45,445 nucleotides of DNA from Barthelona sp. PAP020 (GCA_040182905.1 JARQWU010000058.1:1-45445), one strand, 5' to 3'; numbered from the stretch's first letter, positions 1 to 11,922 are shown. The notes: generated by a model from the letters alone, not told the origin. Translations and numbers: made by a program.

Positions 1-99
1 GCAGTTAGACATAATCGTTACATTGTTATGCGTAAAGATTTTGAAACTGCATACACAAAGGTTACTAAAAGATCAGATAAGGTGAGTCAATATTTCTAA
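1..99 (+). CDS. RPT3: 26S proteasome AAA-ATPase subunit Rpt3/PSMC4, 3' end (partial)
   Basis: Frame 1 reads AVRHNRYIVMRKDFETAYTKVTKRSDKVSQYF*, matching the Rpt3 C-terminus (AVRxNRYxV..KDFExAY). Not in the ORF track. Confidence 0.88.
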   Translation, partial: AVRHNRYIVMRKDFETAYTKVTKRSDKVSQYF

Positions 100-412
100 G
101 TGTCTATTTTGTAAATGTTTGTTTCATTTTTCATTTTTGGTGCAAAATCACGAGGAGTTAATGGTTCTTTATTTAAATCATTCCAAGAATACCAAAATTT
201 TTTACAAAGTAATCTACCAAAAGGAATATGTTCAAAGAATTAAAAAGTGATTACTTTGCTTTCCTTTTTGAAAGAAATTTTTAGTTTTTTATTACCGAAT
301 GGGACACTGATCCTTTTATGATTGATCTGAAGAATAAAAACTGTTGTAGAATTTCCTAAAAAAAAATGTCTTTTTTTTTACAGATTATTTTTTCTTTCTA
401 CTTTTTTTTGGA

Positions 413-1813
413 ATGAATTTATTAATTTCATTGGACAGAGTCATTTTATTACAAGTTCTTGCCAGGAAAGGAGAGACTATTGATGCTTTGAAAGTTCTTT
501 TTTCTGAAATCAAAGAGAAGAAACAATTTGTCAAAATAACAACACTTGATGAATCTTTCAGTAATTTTTTGAGTGATATTTACCAGTATTTTGTTGAAAA
601 TTTGCTGGCAGAGGATAATCCCACACTAGATATTTGTTATGTTGATGCAAAATTAATTCTTTTTGGACGTTTAGTTAAATTAATGATTAATTTAGAAGAG
701 TTATTGCAATGTCAAGAATCTATTTTTGAAAATAATGAGATTATTGCTTAAATCACTAGTTTTTCTGAACTTTTTGAAACTTCTAAAAGTCTAATTATTA
801 GCCCTGTTGAAACAAGTTTGAAATTTGATGATTATAGAAGGATACATTCAGCTTTGGATGAAACTTTTAAATATATTGAAATATTGCAAAAAATTGAACC
901 CAATCCAATTTATTTTTCTAAGGAAGAGATTATTCCCGAAAGTTTGGATGATATTGATGTTCCTGAAAAAATGGCATACCTGATATATCCAGATGGTCAA
1001 TCTCCACTTCATTGGCTGTCCAGTGAAGGATTAATTGAAGATTTAAAACTGACTATAAAAAAGAATGACTGGAAAATTGATTGTAGAGACAAGGAAGAAC
1101 GAACACCTCTATATTATGCTGCTTGGACAAATCACGTGAATTGTATTAAACTGTTGTTGGATAACGGGGCAGACATAAATGCAGTAAAACAAGGGGGATA
1201 TACAGCATTATATATAGCTTGTCAGAGAAATTATGTAGAAGCTGTAGAATATCTTTTAAAACGAGGTGCCAACATTAACACGTTGGATCGTGATAAAGGA
1301 ACGCCATTATACATTGCCATACAAGAAAGAAATCACCAAATCATTTCTTTGCTGTTAAATTATGGAGCTAATCCAAACATATCCGATATTGCTGGAAATC
1401 CACCTTTGGCTATTGCTTTGAATAATGGAGATTTGGTTTCAGTTAAACTTTTGCTGAGAGCAGGTGCAAAAATTGATTGGGTCAATGATGCTAACAAAAC
1501 CTCAGTATTCTTTGCCTTGCAAAATGAAAAATATTTGGACGTTTTAGACTTTCTTCTTAATTATGATATTGATATTGAAACCCCTTTCGTTATGGATTTT
1601 TCACCTTTGTTAGTATGTGCATTTCAACAAAAATGGTTGTTTGTGAAATATTTATTGTTTAGAGGAGCAAATGTTCATGCTAAAGCCAATCTTCAGGGTA
1701 AAGAACTTTCCCTTTTTCATCCAATTATTGATTTCAAACGATTGGACCTGATTCCCTTAATCATGGCTGCAGGATTTGAATTACCACCTGAACTAGACTC
1801 TCTTTTCGAGTAA
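413..1813 (+). CDS. Ankyrin-repeat protein with an unknown N-terminal domain, interrupted by one in-frame TAA at 749-751
   Basis: ORFs 413..751 and 818..1813 share a frame and 752-817 is open (ITSFSELFETSKSLIISPVETS). Clear ANK repeats: RTPLYYAA..LLDNGADINA, GYTALYIAC..LLKRGANIN, GTPLYIAI..LLNYGANPN. Confidence 0.8.
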
Positions 1814-1993
1814 GTTGATTGAATGTGTGTTTGTGAGTATTTTTATGTGTATATTTTTGTTTTTGTAAAAGACTAATTATCTTGTTTTTTGTTCTTTGGG
1901 AAAATTTTTTTTTTGAAAATTCTGCACCAAAAAACAGAACCATTGAACCACTTACAGCAACACGCAACAAGAAGCAAGAAGTAACAGAAATGA

Positions 1994-2247
1994 ATTCCAA
2001 AAGATCGTTTTGATGATGCAACCCACTATCCCCAAATATAGCGCTTGAATTTTGACAGATTTAAGTACTTTTGACGGACAACATACACCAAATTTATCCG
2101 GTGTTTTTACCTCAATTGAAGGTGTCAAATATTCTAATAAAGAAAAAATACGATCCGAATTTAAAACTCTAAATAAATACAACAATAAAGATGAAATTTT
2201 GAATATCAAACAACTATTAAGAAAAAAAACACTCTTTAGGGGGTTAA
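1994..2247 (+). mobile_element. Possible degraded piggyBac-like transposon 3' end
   Basis: Stop-containing frame IPKDRFDDATHYPQI*RLNFDRFKYF*RTTYTKFIRC resembles the piggyBac C-terminal region; GGGGG-TTAA follows at 2239-2247. Confidence 0.3.
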
Positions 2248-2288
2248 GAAATTAACCGATCAATAGCAAATCTTAAATGATGTTTTAG

Positions 2289-3478
2289 CTAATTGAAATC
2301 ATCCTCATCATCAGGTTCAACACTTTGTTTACCCATAAATGAACGCATATTGCCACCATTGGTTTCATTAAAGTCAACCAAATCCCAACATAAGTTAACA
2401 ATCACATTGTATTCTTCTTGATTCATGCAAATACCTGCAGTCACTAATTGTCTAATGATTTGAGTGCCATATCTCGAGCAACAAGATTTGATAACACATG
2501 ACCACTCTTCGACAGTTGAATAAATTCAGACTTTTGTGAATAGTTATACTCAAGAACAATTGAATAGACCCTGATTGTCTGCACGTCAATTGTTTCCTGG
2601 CAGGCGTTATAGCAAATGAAAAATAGGGTATGCTGCAACCACAACGAACTTTTTGAATCTCCTGAAACCTGTCCAAATTATACGACATAATATATCTATC
2701 ACCAGACATAATAAGTAAGACACTGGGTGAAAAGAAATGAACAGACCAAACTTCACCACCCATATCAAATCTATGAATAAGTGATCCATCATACTTGTCC
2801 CAAAGTTTGGCTTTGTTCGGTTGGTCACCAACAGCGATCATTCTTTCAGTTGAGTGGAAATCAATGGTTCTAACATGTCCATCATGACTAAATGCACGAA
2901 TAACAGACAAATCGTAAGGATTAACCAACGCGACAGTATTATCCCCACTACCAGTTAAAAGATATTGACCATCAGACGATAGTTTTACTTCATAAATCCA
3001 ACGAGAATGAATTGTTTCTTCCAAGACAACATTGCCACTATTAATATCCCACTTCTTAAGATTGCCATTGTTATCACCAGAATACAGATAATTTGAACAG
3101 TGAGAAATCCAAATTTTGCAAAATTGAGTGTTGTTATTCAATCTATCAAGATAGAGAAATCTGAAAAGGTGTATATAATAGCAGACTTATCAGAAGAACA
3201 AGTCGCAAACTTTTGTCCATCTGATGAAAAATCAAGCCCTTAAATATCCTTTGTGTGATCTTCTAAGGTATGAATTAACATTCCAGTTTCTGCATCAAAA
3301 ACATGAACTTTTTTAAAATCACAACATACCAACTGTTTACCATTTGGAGAATATTCACTGTTATACACATAATAAGAAATTACTCCTCCAATTTCCCTCA
3401 TACTATTTTCGTCAATTTTGGGTGACAGATACTGCAAATGGTTTTCCCATCAAATTTATCACTTGATTCGACAGACAT
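2289..3478 (-). pseudogene. WD40-repeat pseudogene with a conserved C-terminal domain
   Basis: Runs from ATG at 3478 to TAG at 2291-2289. The WD40 protein can be rebuilt across frameshifts at ~3438, ~3145, ~2580 and ~2468 and one nonsense codon (KDI*GLDFSSDGQKFATCSSDKSA, 3240-3242). Repeats include LLTGSGDNTVALV, HDGHVRTIDFH and AKLWD. Confidence 0.88.
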
Positions 3479-4073
3479 GTTGAATTAATTTTGAAAAATA
3501 AAGGTTAAAGCAATGCCCAATCAAAAAATTCAAAAATCCTTCTTTATCAAAAGAAGCAAAATTACCTCTATGAAATATTTTTCGATAAAAGCTGATTCAA
3601 TGAATGTTTGGCAGGTATTTTGTGATTTGATGAAACTTTACTTTTTCTTTGACTCAAAGTTGAATTAGCCAACCCAATCAGTCGATCTAAAAGCTATTGT
3701 TCGTGAAATAAGCCCGCTTTCTTTTGATTTTACTACTGATTGGTGTTGTTCATGATTCACTTGCAAAATAAAAATTTCACACAAATCAAGAAAACTCATT
3801 CGCCTTATGCTTAATCAACACTATTCATTATATTTCCAAACCAAGAATCACTGCACTTTTTGCACTCAAAGTAAGCATTTGTTTGCTTCCTTCAACAAGA
3901 AAAAAACCAAAAAAAAAACAAAAATTTTTTTATTTCAAAGCATAAATTTAAAGTGATTGAATAATCCAGGTCATAATGGTCTTATTGAATAAACAGTCAA
4001 CATAACCTTAAAATATTCAATTCAGTCAGACAAAAACCAAAAGAGCATCAAGTGATAGAATAAATACAGGTAA

Positions 4074-7000
4074 TCAAGTCAAGCCTCCAAAATCAACGAC
4101 TGTTGAAACATCTTTAATAATAGTCATAATTTCATTGTTGGAATCTCTTGGAGGTAAAAACCTTAATTTTAAAGGTGACTCAAAAACGTTAATTTTTCGA
4201 TCTTTGACGAATAAATAATCACCATTTTCATTGTTTTCAGCAATTTTAACAATCATACCACCATCCTTTTGTAATACCCAACGAATATTATTTTGAATAA
4301 GAGTTAAATCAGGATTATAGGGATATAAACTGCGTTTTAAAAAGATAGGTTGACTTTTATCATCCAAACGATTAGATTCTGTTGATATAATCTTAAGAAT
4401 ATCATCATATTGCTTAGAAAATTGCTGGTTATTTGCTAAATGATATCGATGATCGGAAAAACTTAACAAATAAGGATAATAAACTTCAAACATACAAATG
4501 GAAGGTATTATCGGAGTATTTTTTTTCCATTCCCACTTTTTCTTTTCATAATTCGATTTTTGACTCAATTCACTAAGATAAACACCACCTTTTCTTTTAT
4601 TTTTGTTAATTCCAACACCATAAGCATGTTCAATCAAAGAATAAGGATTAATATCTTCTGGTTTGATCTTTTCCACAATATATAAAGTTTCTTTTGAACT
4701 AGATATTACTCTAGCATGATTTTCGTATTGACTACTGATGAACAAATATCTTCTCATTCTTTGTTGTAAATTTGCTTCAAAATTAACATCATCACCACCA
4801 TATTTATTTTTTAAGACTCCAGAATCTATCAATAGATCATGATAGTAGCAATATAATGATAAAAACTGTTTGCAATTATCACATTGTAATTGAGAAAGCA
4901 AATCATTAATCGATTGTTTGATTAATTGAGGGAAAATCATAAAGTCAAAACAATTCAGCAAACTCTTTTGTTTTAGATAAGGAAACAATGGCATTTTGTC
5001 AATAGTTGCTAACAATAATCTACAAGCAAAGTTAATCCATCCATTTAATTCTAAATCATCCCAACCAAAAGAAACTGGAGGTAATAACCTTGTTTCTGTG
5101 ATTACAGTACGATGCTTACGTCTAAATTCAACAATCATTCCATACAAAACTTGGAATTGTTTATAAAAAACAACTAATTGAATATTTCCAATGAATTGTA
5201 ACTGTGAATTGGATGATTCTGTGGTATCTTTATCAATGAAAGTGATATTATTACTGTTATCAATGTCATTCCAATCAAAATTATTCAAGATTAAAGCTTC
5301 TCCATTTACATTGAAGATATCATCTGCTGCCATTTCATCATACTGAATATAAAGTTGTAAAAAGCAATTTTCCAATTCATTTAAGCTAATTTCTTGATTT
5401 TTGCCAAGAATTTCAAATAATAAATCAAAGGTAGATATATTAATATTAAATATCTGCAAGATTATAACTTGAAAATAATCTTTAACAATATCATCAGGAT
5501 GATCATGCCAAAATGAACCCAATAATACAAATAATGTCGTAAACAAATATATAGGATCATCAAATATGAATTGAGTTTTCAATCTATCCTCATTTTCATC
5601 TTGAATAATTCGATTATACACCTCCTTAGCAGAAAAATGAGCTTTTGCGGAAACCATCCGTTCCTTTTGAATATCTTTCAAATCAGGCTCAACTCGACTC
5701 CACATCTTTTCACTAACATTCCCACTTAATAAACTGTACGTTTTATCAAATATTAATTCAAACTGTGTTGTCACAGTATCAATCAACATGTCTATGTATA
5801 AAAAGGGATATTTTGTAAACATTCTGACAATACCTTCTCCTGCATCTCCAAACATCCATTTCAACATGGCTAAATCAGATTGTCTACAATACTGTAATGT
5901 CTTGAATCCCTTACGAACATAATCTCTTTCTATTTTCAATTTTCTTAATAACATTTTCGTACGATCAACAGTAATAAAACACATGAAAAAATGGTCATCA
6001 AACGTAATTATTGCAGTTTCATATGGTCCAATCATTGGCTTTCCTAAAACATGGTCTATTTCATTAAATTCTTTGATACCTTCTTCTGATTCATTAGGAT
6101 CTGAAACAGATACATAATAATTATTCAAACTGTCTCTTATGTCATCCTTCAAGTATAATTTGCCACTGCAACAAGGTTGTTGATATTCAGATACAATTCT
6201 TTTATAACTATACGTACATTCTTCTGTTTTAGTCAAAAATTGTTCAATGTATCTTCCAGGTGCTTGAGTTTGTGGTTCTTCTTCATTATTCGTTGCGCTT
6301 CTGGCATTTCTTCTAGTGGTAGTATAATTATCGGTAGCATCTAAAAATATTGGTAATTTTTCATACAATATGGTTTCATAAGTGGAAAAATATTCCTTGC
6401 TAGGCGAATTAACCAATTTAGTCCGAAAACTTTCCAAATCAACAAGCATTGAGGGAGTGTATAGATTTCTCAAGTTAACAATCAAATCAGAGGATAACGT
6501 TTCCATCAACAAAAAAACCAATGCTACATGATCAATTAATCCAACAGCAAAAAGATATAAAATACTCAAACAATCTTCCCAAGAAATAGCCATTTTTGAA
6601 GTCTCCATATGCTTCTTAATATCAAATAGGAAAAGAGACATGGTTGTTGTAACCAATTCAGGATTTCTCGAATCGATCAATTCATAAAAGTCAACAGATG
6701 GCAACAAGCCTTTAGGTACATCTCTTCTTTTTTCTCTAACCTTCTTTTCCCCACTATATTCCCTTGGTTTCGGTGTAGTACTTCGTTTTTTCCTTTGTTT
6801 TCGAGAAGCAGAAATAATGGGAGAACTAGGTTCATCCAAAAATTCAGCATCGTCAATCATCGATTGTTGTTGCTTTTCACTCAGACTTTGCCATTTAATT
6901 ATAGTGCTATCAATATATTTAGCCATATTTAACGATGGAGGCAATGGTGGAACTTGCGATAAAGGTATTAATCTGGACATACAATGTGAATCAACACGCA

Positions 7001-7682
7001 TTTCTTTGGGGAAAAATGATACCAGATCTTTGAGTAAAACAGGATATCTTTCAAATAACCTAAATATTGTATGATCAAATGCCACAGTATCTACTCCTCC
7101 ATCTCGATAATTGTAAGCCAATTTTAGAAGACTTTTGTAAAGTCCATCATATTCAAAGTTGTCTTCAGCAGAACGTTTTAATTTTTCGAAAAAATCAAGA
7201 GCTCGAAAGTATTGATCCTGAAATTCAGTTGGCATATCTTCAATGGAATCAATTGTTAAAACAGGCAAAAAGTTGTGTTTTTCATTGCCATGTTTTTCAA
7301 CATTGTATCTGTCTGAATTGATTAACTGATATGCACTGACAGAAGTTGATGATTTCGATAAAAATTGATTGAATTCTTTGATTAATGAAGGATATTCAAT
7401 GAAAAAATTTCCAACAATTTTAGCTGTTTCTTCTTCAGTTATTTCCTTCTTTCTATATCGGTCCAAAATTTTAACAAAAACTTCATATTTTTTGATTCCT
7501 CCAATTCTCATAACTTCTAATAGAAAAGCTTGTGCAGTTTGTGATGTAGGTTCATTTCTATTCTCCAATTCTACATTAGGCTCTCTTTTTAATGGTTGAG
7601 TAAATTTTCTTGGAGAATGAGGTTGTAGGTAAGTAATATTCTTAAAGGGATCTTTAAATGAATAACCACGTTTTGCTTTCAT
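4074..7682 (-). CDS. SIN3: Sin3 paired-amphipathic-helix co-repressor (HDAC scaffold), divergent
   Basis: PAH1 (AQAFLLEV..YEVFVKILDRYR..FFIEYPSLIKEFNQFL), PAH2 (RALDFFEKLK..LFERYPVLLKDLVSFFP) and HDAC-interaction domain (CTYSYKRI..PCCSGK..LNNYYVSV). Confidence 0.88.
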   Translation of the reverse strand: MKAKRGYSFKDPFKNITYLQPHSPRKFTQPLKREPNVELENRNEPTSQTAQAFLLEVMRIGGIKKYEVFVKILDRYRKKEITEEETAKIVGNFFIEYPSLIKEFNQFLSKSSTSVSAYQLINSDRYNVEKHGNEKHNFLPVLTIDSIEDMPTEFQDQYFRALDFFEKLKRSAEDNFEYDGLYKSLLKLAYNYRDGGVDTVAFDHTIFRLFERYPVLLKDLVSFFPKEMRVDSHCMSRLIPLSQVPPLPPSLNMAKYIDSTIIKWQSLSEKQQQSMIDDAEFLDEPSSPIISASRKQRKKRSTTPKPREYSGEKKVREKRRDVPKGLLPSVDFYELIDSRNPELVTTTMSLFLFDIKKHMETSKMAISWEDCLSILYLFAVGLIDHVALVFLLMETLSSDLIVNLRNLYTPSMLVDLESFRTKLVNSPSKEYFSTYETILYEKLPIFLDATDNYTTTRRNARSATNNEEEPQTQAPGRYIEQFLTKTEECTYSYKRIVSEYQQPCCSGKLYLKDDIRDSLNNYYVSVSDPNESEEGIKEFNEIDHVLGKPMIGPYETAIITFDDHFFMCFITVDRTKMLLRKLKIERDYVRKGFKTLQYCRQSDLAMLKWMFGDAGEGIVRMFTKYPFLYIDMLIDTVTTQFELIFDKTYSLLSGNVSEKMWSRVEPDLKDIQKERMVSAKAHFSAKEVYNRIIQDENEDRLKTQFIFDDPIYLFTTLFVLLGSFWHDHPDDIVKDYFQVIILQIFNINISTFDLLFEILGKNQEISLNELENCFLQLYIQYDEMAADDIFNVNGEALILNNFDWNDIDNSNNITFIDKDTTESSNSQLQFIGNIQLVVFYKQFQVLYGMIVEFRRKHRTVITETRLLPPVSFGWDDLELNGWINFACRLLLATIDKMPLFPYLKQKSLLNCFDFMIFPQLIKQSINDLLSQLQCDNCKQFLSLYCYYHDLLIDSGVLKNKYGGDDVNFEANLQQRMRRYLFISSQYENHARVISSSKETLYIVEKIKPEDINPYSLIEHAYGVGINKNKRKGGVYLSELSQKSNYEKKKWEWKKNTPIIPSICMFEVYYPYLLSFSDHRYHLANNQQFSKQYDDILKIISTESNRLDDKSQPIFLKRSLYPYNPDLTLIQNNIRWVLQKDGGMIVKIAENNENGDYLFVKDRKINVFESPLKLRFLPPRDSNNEIMTIIKDVSTVVDFGGLT

Positions 7683-8418
7683 TGAATATTCATATAATTA
7701 AAAGAATGAAAAATTGTGTGAAATACAGGTTTGGGAATTTTTTTGTTACACTTTTGTTTTTTTTTTATTCTTGTTTATTGGCACAAACATTTGATTGGTC
7801 ATTTATTATAAGTTCTTTTCTGTCGATTGTTTGATCAAAAATTTGTACCTTTTTTTAGTACATCACTGATATTCTCAAATGTTTGAAAAGAGAAGTTATA
7901 TTTTATTTTATGTTTGTTAAAATCCTTTGTTTAACCCCCCAAAATAAAAAGAACTCATGTTTACGTTGTTGAGCTTTGCTGGTTTTATTCTTAAACATGT
8001 ATTTCTCCGAAATCGGTAATTAATAAAGTTTTTGGTAGAATCAGACGGTTTTCTTTTGAGAGAATCATAGATCATTGATTTTTTGAAAACACTTCTTCAA
8101 TTCCTAAATGTACCTTTGAATTATTACTCAGAATGTGTTTCAGATAATTAGATTCTATTATTTGTTCCTCCAAAAATTTTTGAAAATTTATTTCTGCAAA
8201 TATTATAGCATGGTTTTTGAAATGAAATGAAAAGGGATTATATGTATAAACAAGGTTTATTTTTTTTGTTGTTGTTACTGTTATGTATTAAACAACAAAT
8301 TAATGCAGAAATAAACTAAAATTTGAAAAAAAAACCAAGTGACCGCCCTTTGATTCTCCTCATTCATATCTTTTTCAGTTGTATGCAATTTTTGATTTGA
8401 TTTATTTAATATATATAT

Positions 8419-11400
8419 ATGTCTGAATCGAATATTATTGAGCAATTAGAATCAAACAGTAACAATTTTTTATTTTTCGAAAATTACTAATTATTTCCAG
8501 GTTTAAAAGCTAAATTAGAAGGTATTACTACTTTAAAGGACCAAATATTGGAAGGGAATTGTTCTCCTCATATGCAAGATAAATTGATGGAACTTTCTTC
8601 AGATTTAATTCGTTCTAACAATTTTAAAGTTATTGAAAACACCTTATCTTGTTTATCATTGTTAATAGAATATATGGCGGATGATTTTCTTGAACATCAT
8701 TCACACAGACTGCAAGCGTTGATTCGTACGTCTGTTTGCAAAACATTTCAAAACAGAAAGGAATCTGTTAGAGATGAAGCGAAAAATTTGATTATTAATT
8801 ATATTTCTGAAGTTGGAGCCAGTTCTCCTGTTATTCCTGATGTCATGCAGCAATTAAAAAGTAACTCTGAGCACGCACTTGAAAGCGTTGCTAGTTTTTT
8901 TGGAGATTTGGTGGAGATTGAAGAATATAAAACTTTTGGCATTGATTTTCACGAATTATTTGAGCTTCTGGTTAAAAATTTGACTCATAGATCTGCTAAA
9001 GTACGTAATGTATCAATAGCTACATTAGCTAGTTATTATAATGATGGATACCGTGAGATTTTTAAAATTTGTGAACAAAACAAAATAAGAGATACCATAT
9101 TAGATCAACTAAGAGAACAATGTCCAACATCTCCAAAACCAGCGTCAAAAAAACCAAAACCATCATTCAATGTTGCAAGTGGTAAAACATCACCAAAAGG
9201 AAAGTTGCATCATGATTTTAGTCATACTAGTATTGCTAGCGTTGGTGCTAATGAAGTAATAGATCATATGCATGATATAAAACCGAAAGATATGCCTCTT
9301 GCCAAGGTTGGTCGATTTTTTGACAAATGCATCGATGTTTTGGGGGATAGAAAGGCTCAATGGTCAGATAGAGTGGATTATTTGAAGGATATTGTGAATA
9401 TTGCTGCCGCTTATGTTGATACAGAAGAGGAAGAGGCATTTATTGATTTACTAGAAGATCTTTGTAAACAATGTATGAGAGAGGTATTATTGGAACTAAG
9501 GTCTGCAGTTTCAAGAGAAGGATGTACTTGTTTATCGTGTCTTGGTATTTTGTACAAACAAAAGTTTGAAAAATGTGCCAAAATTGTTGTTCCTTTTTTA
9601 TTAAAGATCGTTGTTGTTACAAAACAAGTCATTTCGTACTCTGCTGATTGTTGTTTAAAATCTCTAATAAATAATTGTTATTGTTTGAGATCTCTTCCTG
9701 ATTTTCTAAGAACGAATGTTCGAAATAATGCTTTAAAATCAAAAGTGAGTTTCTATGTGTTTATGATTTGTCAAAATGTGAGACGTTTTGAAACTGTTCC
9801 TCATTATTTTGCAAAGAATATTGATGCAATTTTCGAAGCCACAGAACATTATTTAGGGGATGCCGGATCGGAAATACGTGTAAATGCTCGTCGTATTGTC
9901 TGGTCTTTATCAGTTTTTTATCCTGAACGGGTTAATGAATTGGTTAGCAAGTTGGACCATTCTCAGATTAAATTAATTGAAGAATTGGATCACAGTGATC
10001 TTGAAGGAATTGCATTTGAAATTCCTGAGAATAGACCTATTCCCATGATTGAAGATGATATTATTTATTCTGAACCTAAAAGCAATCATCAACGTTCATT
10101 AATCACACCAAATAGTAAGATTGGCACTAGAAGGAGTAATATTCGAGAAGAGGAATCGACACATCATGCTCATTCGCACATGTCCAGTAATGAAGCAAGT
10201 ATCGAATCTGATGATACTTTAGAACCTATTGTCACAGTTGAAAGGGCAAAAAGAAAGTCAGTTGAACATCCAACAATAGCAAGGAAAGACAGGAATGAGT
10301 CTGATTCCAAAAGTAAACCTCCAATGGCTGATGTTAAGAGCAAAGGAAGTGATGGAAATTTCCTTTTGACCTGTCGTAATGTTAAAAATTTATCAGATTG
10401 GTCAAACAAAGTTGACGCTCTGCATGAACTGAAGGAATTATATGAAGAAAATCCCAATTATATGAAACATAATTCTAAGCATGATTTCAAGAAAATATTT
10501 GTGGACCCTATTATGGAAGCTTTTTGTGATTCTAAAATTCGTGTTGTTGAAGCTTCAGTCCCATTGATTGTTTTATCTATTGAACAATATTCTAATCTAT
10601 GGAGTCATTTTATTAGTGATATTTTGGTGCAATGTTTTAAACTTTTGAGTGAAAAAAATCAGAGCATTCGAGAAAATGTATACAAGTTATTACATTCATT
10701 GACTGAGGTTTATTATCCAAAAGTTATAATCAGCAATTTATTGTCAATATTAGAAACACCACAACGTCGAGTTAAAGTTGCTTGTTTGGAATACATGTGT
10801 CACATTTTAAATTTTGAGGAATATTTAGATTTTTTTAACACTGTGAATATGGCAAAAGAATTGTTAAAGAGAGTGACACAATGTCTAAACGATAAACATT
10901 CTGATGTAAAGCAAGCATCTGTGTATTTAGTTGCTTTTTTGTATTCAAAGATACCTGAAATTTTGTTAAAGACAATAAAAGCATTACCTCCTCGAGTTCA
11001 AACTGTTATTGTCAATGAAATGTCTCATAGTATTCCTTCTTTGGAAAATGATTTGAATGAATCTTTTAAAAATGAACCTACTGAAAGTAAATCAAGGCGT
11101 ATAAGTAAAAGCAACATTAACACTAATTTAATGAATGAGTTCATATCTAGTGATATTGAATCTGAAGAGATGTCTGAAGAGTTTTCTACTGAAATTACTA
11201 TCCCTTCCATATTATCACAATTGACAGATTCCTCCTTAAGTGATCAAGCCAAATTCGATTTAATGCTTGAATTACTGAAGATAATTCAAACTATATCTAA
11301 TTCCAAATCCAATCCCGATTTTGATACATATTTGGGGCAAATGTTAGTTTTATTGTTAGATCTAGATGCAAAAAATCAAATAATGCTACCACTATTTATT

Positions 11401-11922
11401 TTATATGAGCTTGTTGAAAATCATTATAAATCAGTGCATAATTTTGCTGATATTATTTTCAGCAAAGTTTTAACTGTTGTTGAATCGAAAGATCCAGAAA
11501 CAGTGTTGATTGCAAAAGATTTATCAAAAACTTTATTGTTAAAACGTTCTTTTGAAGAAAATCTTAACTCTTTGATTCCATTATTACTTGATCATACCCA
11601 AGAAAGCAATTCTAAAGAATCTTTAGATGAAAATACTGTTCTAAGTTTGAATTTATTGTTTTCATGTTTTGAAAACATTTTTAATCCTTCTAATAGTACA
11701 GATAAAGGAATTTTAGATATACATGAACGTTCATTAGAAGTCATTATTGAGACTTACATTCAACATAAAAATACAGATGTACGCAAAATTGTTGTCTATT
11801 TGGCTGCAAAACTGGTAGTTTTACTATCAAACAATCAGGGTTATCAAGTATTTATTAAGAATTTACCTGATATTTCCCAAAAAATGATTGCTTATTTTGT
11901 TAAAGAAAAGTTTACTCAATAA
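8419..11922 (+). CDS. CLASP: CLASP family TOG/HEAT microtubule regulator, 1153 aa; exons 8419-8458 and 8501-11922
   Basis: TOG motifs QWSDRVDYL, LLELRSAVSREGC, LGDAGSEIRVNARR and DWSNKVDAL; C-terminal HKNTDVRKIVVY. Removing the intron joins ATG 8419 in frame (MSESNIIEQLESNSLKAKLEG). Confidence 0.9.
8459..8500 (+). other. 42-nt spliceosomal intron in CLASP
   Basis: GTAACA...TACTAATTATTTCCAG; T-rich, contains an in-frame TAA, has a branch-like CTAAT, and splicing restores the ORF. Confidence 0.85.

Noticed and set aside
79..87. AAG/GTGAGT perfect donor near the Rpt3 end
   Set aside because: The unspliced frame already gives a normal-length C-terminus.
749..3242. TAA reassignment suggested by two in-frame TAAs (749 and 3240)
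   Set aside because: Ordinary genes end in TAA (Rpt3, CLASP, dynein, XPOT, Vps55), a 13-kb ORF has no internal TAA, and the second case sits in a frameshifted pseudogene.
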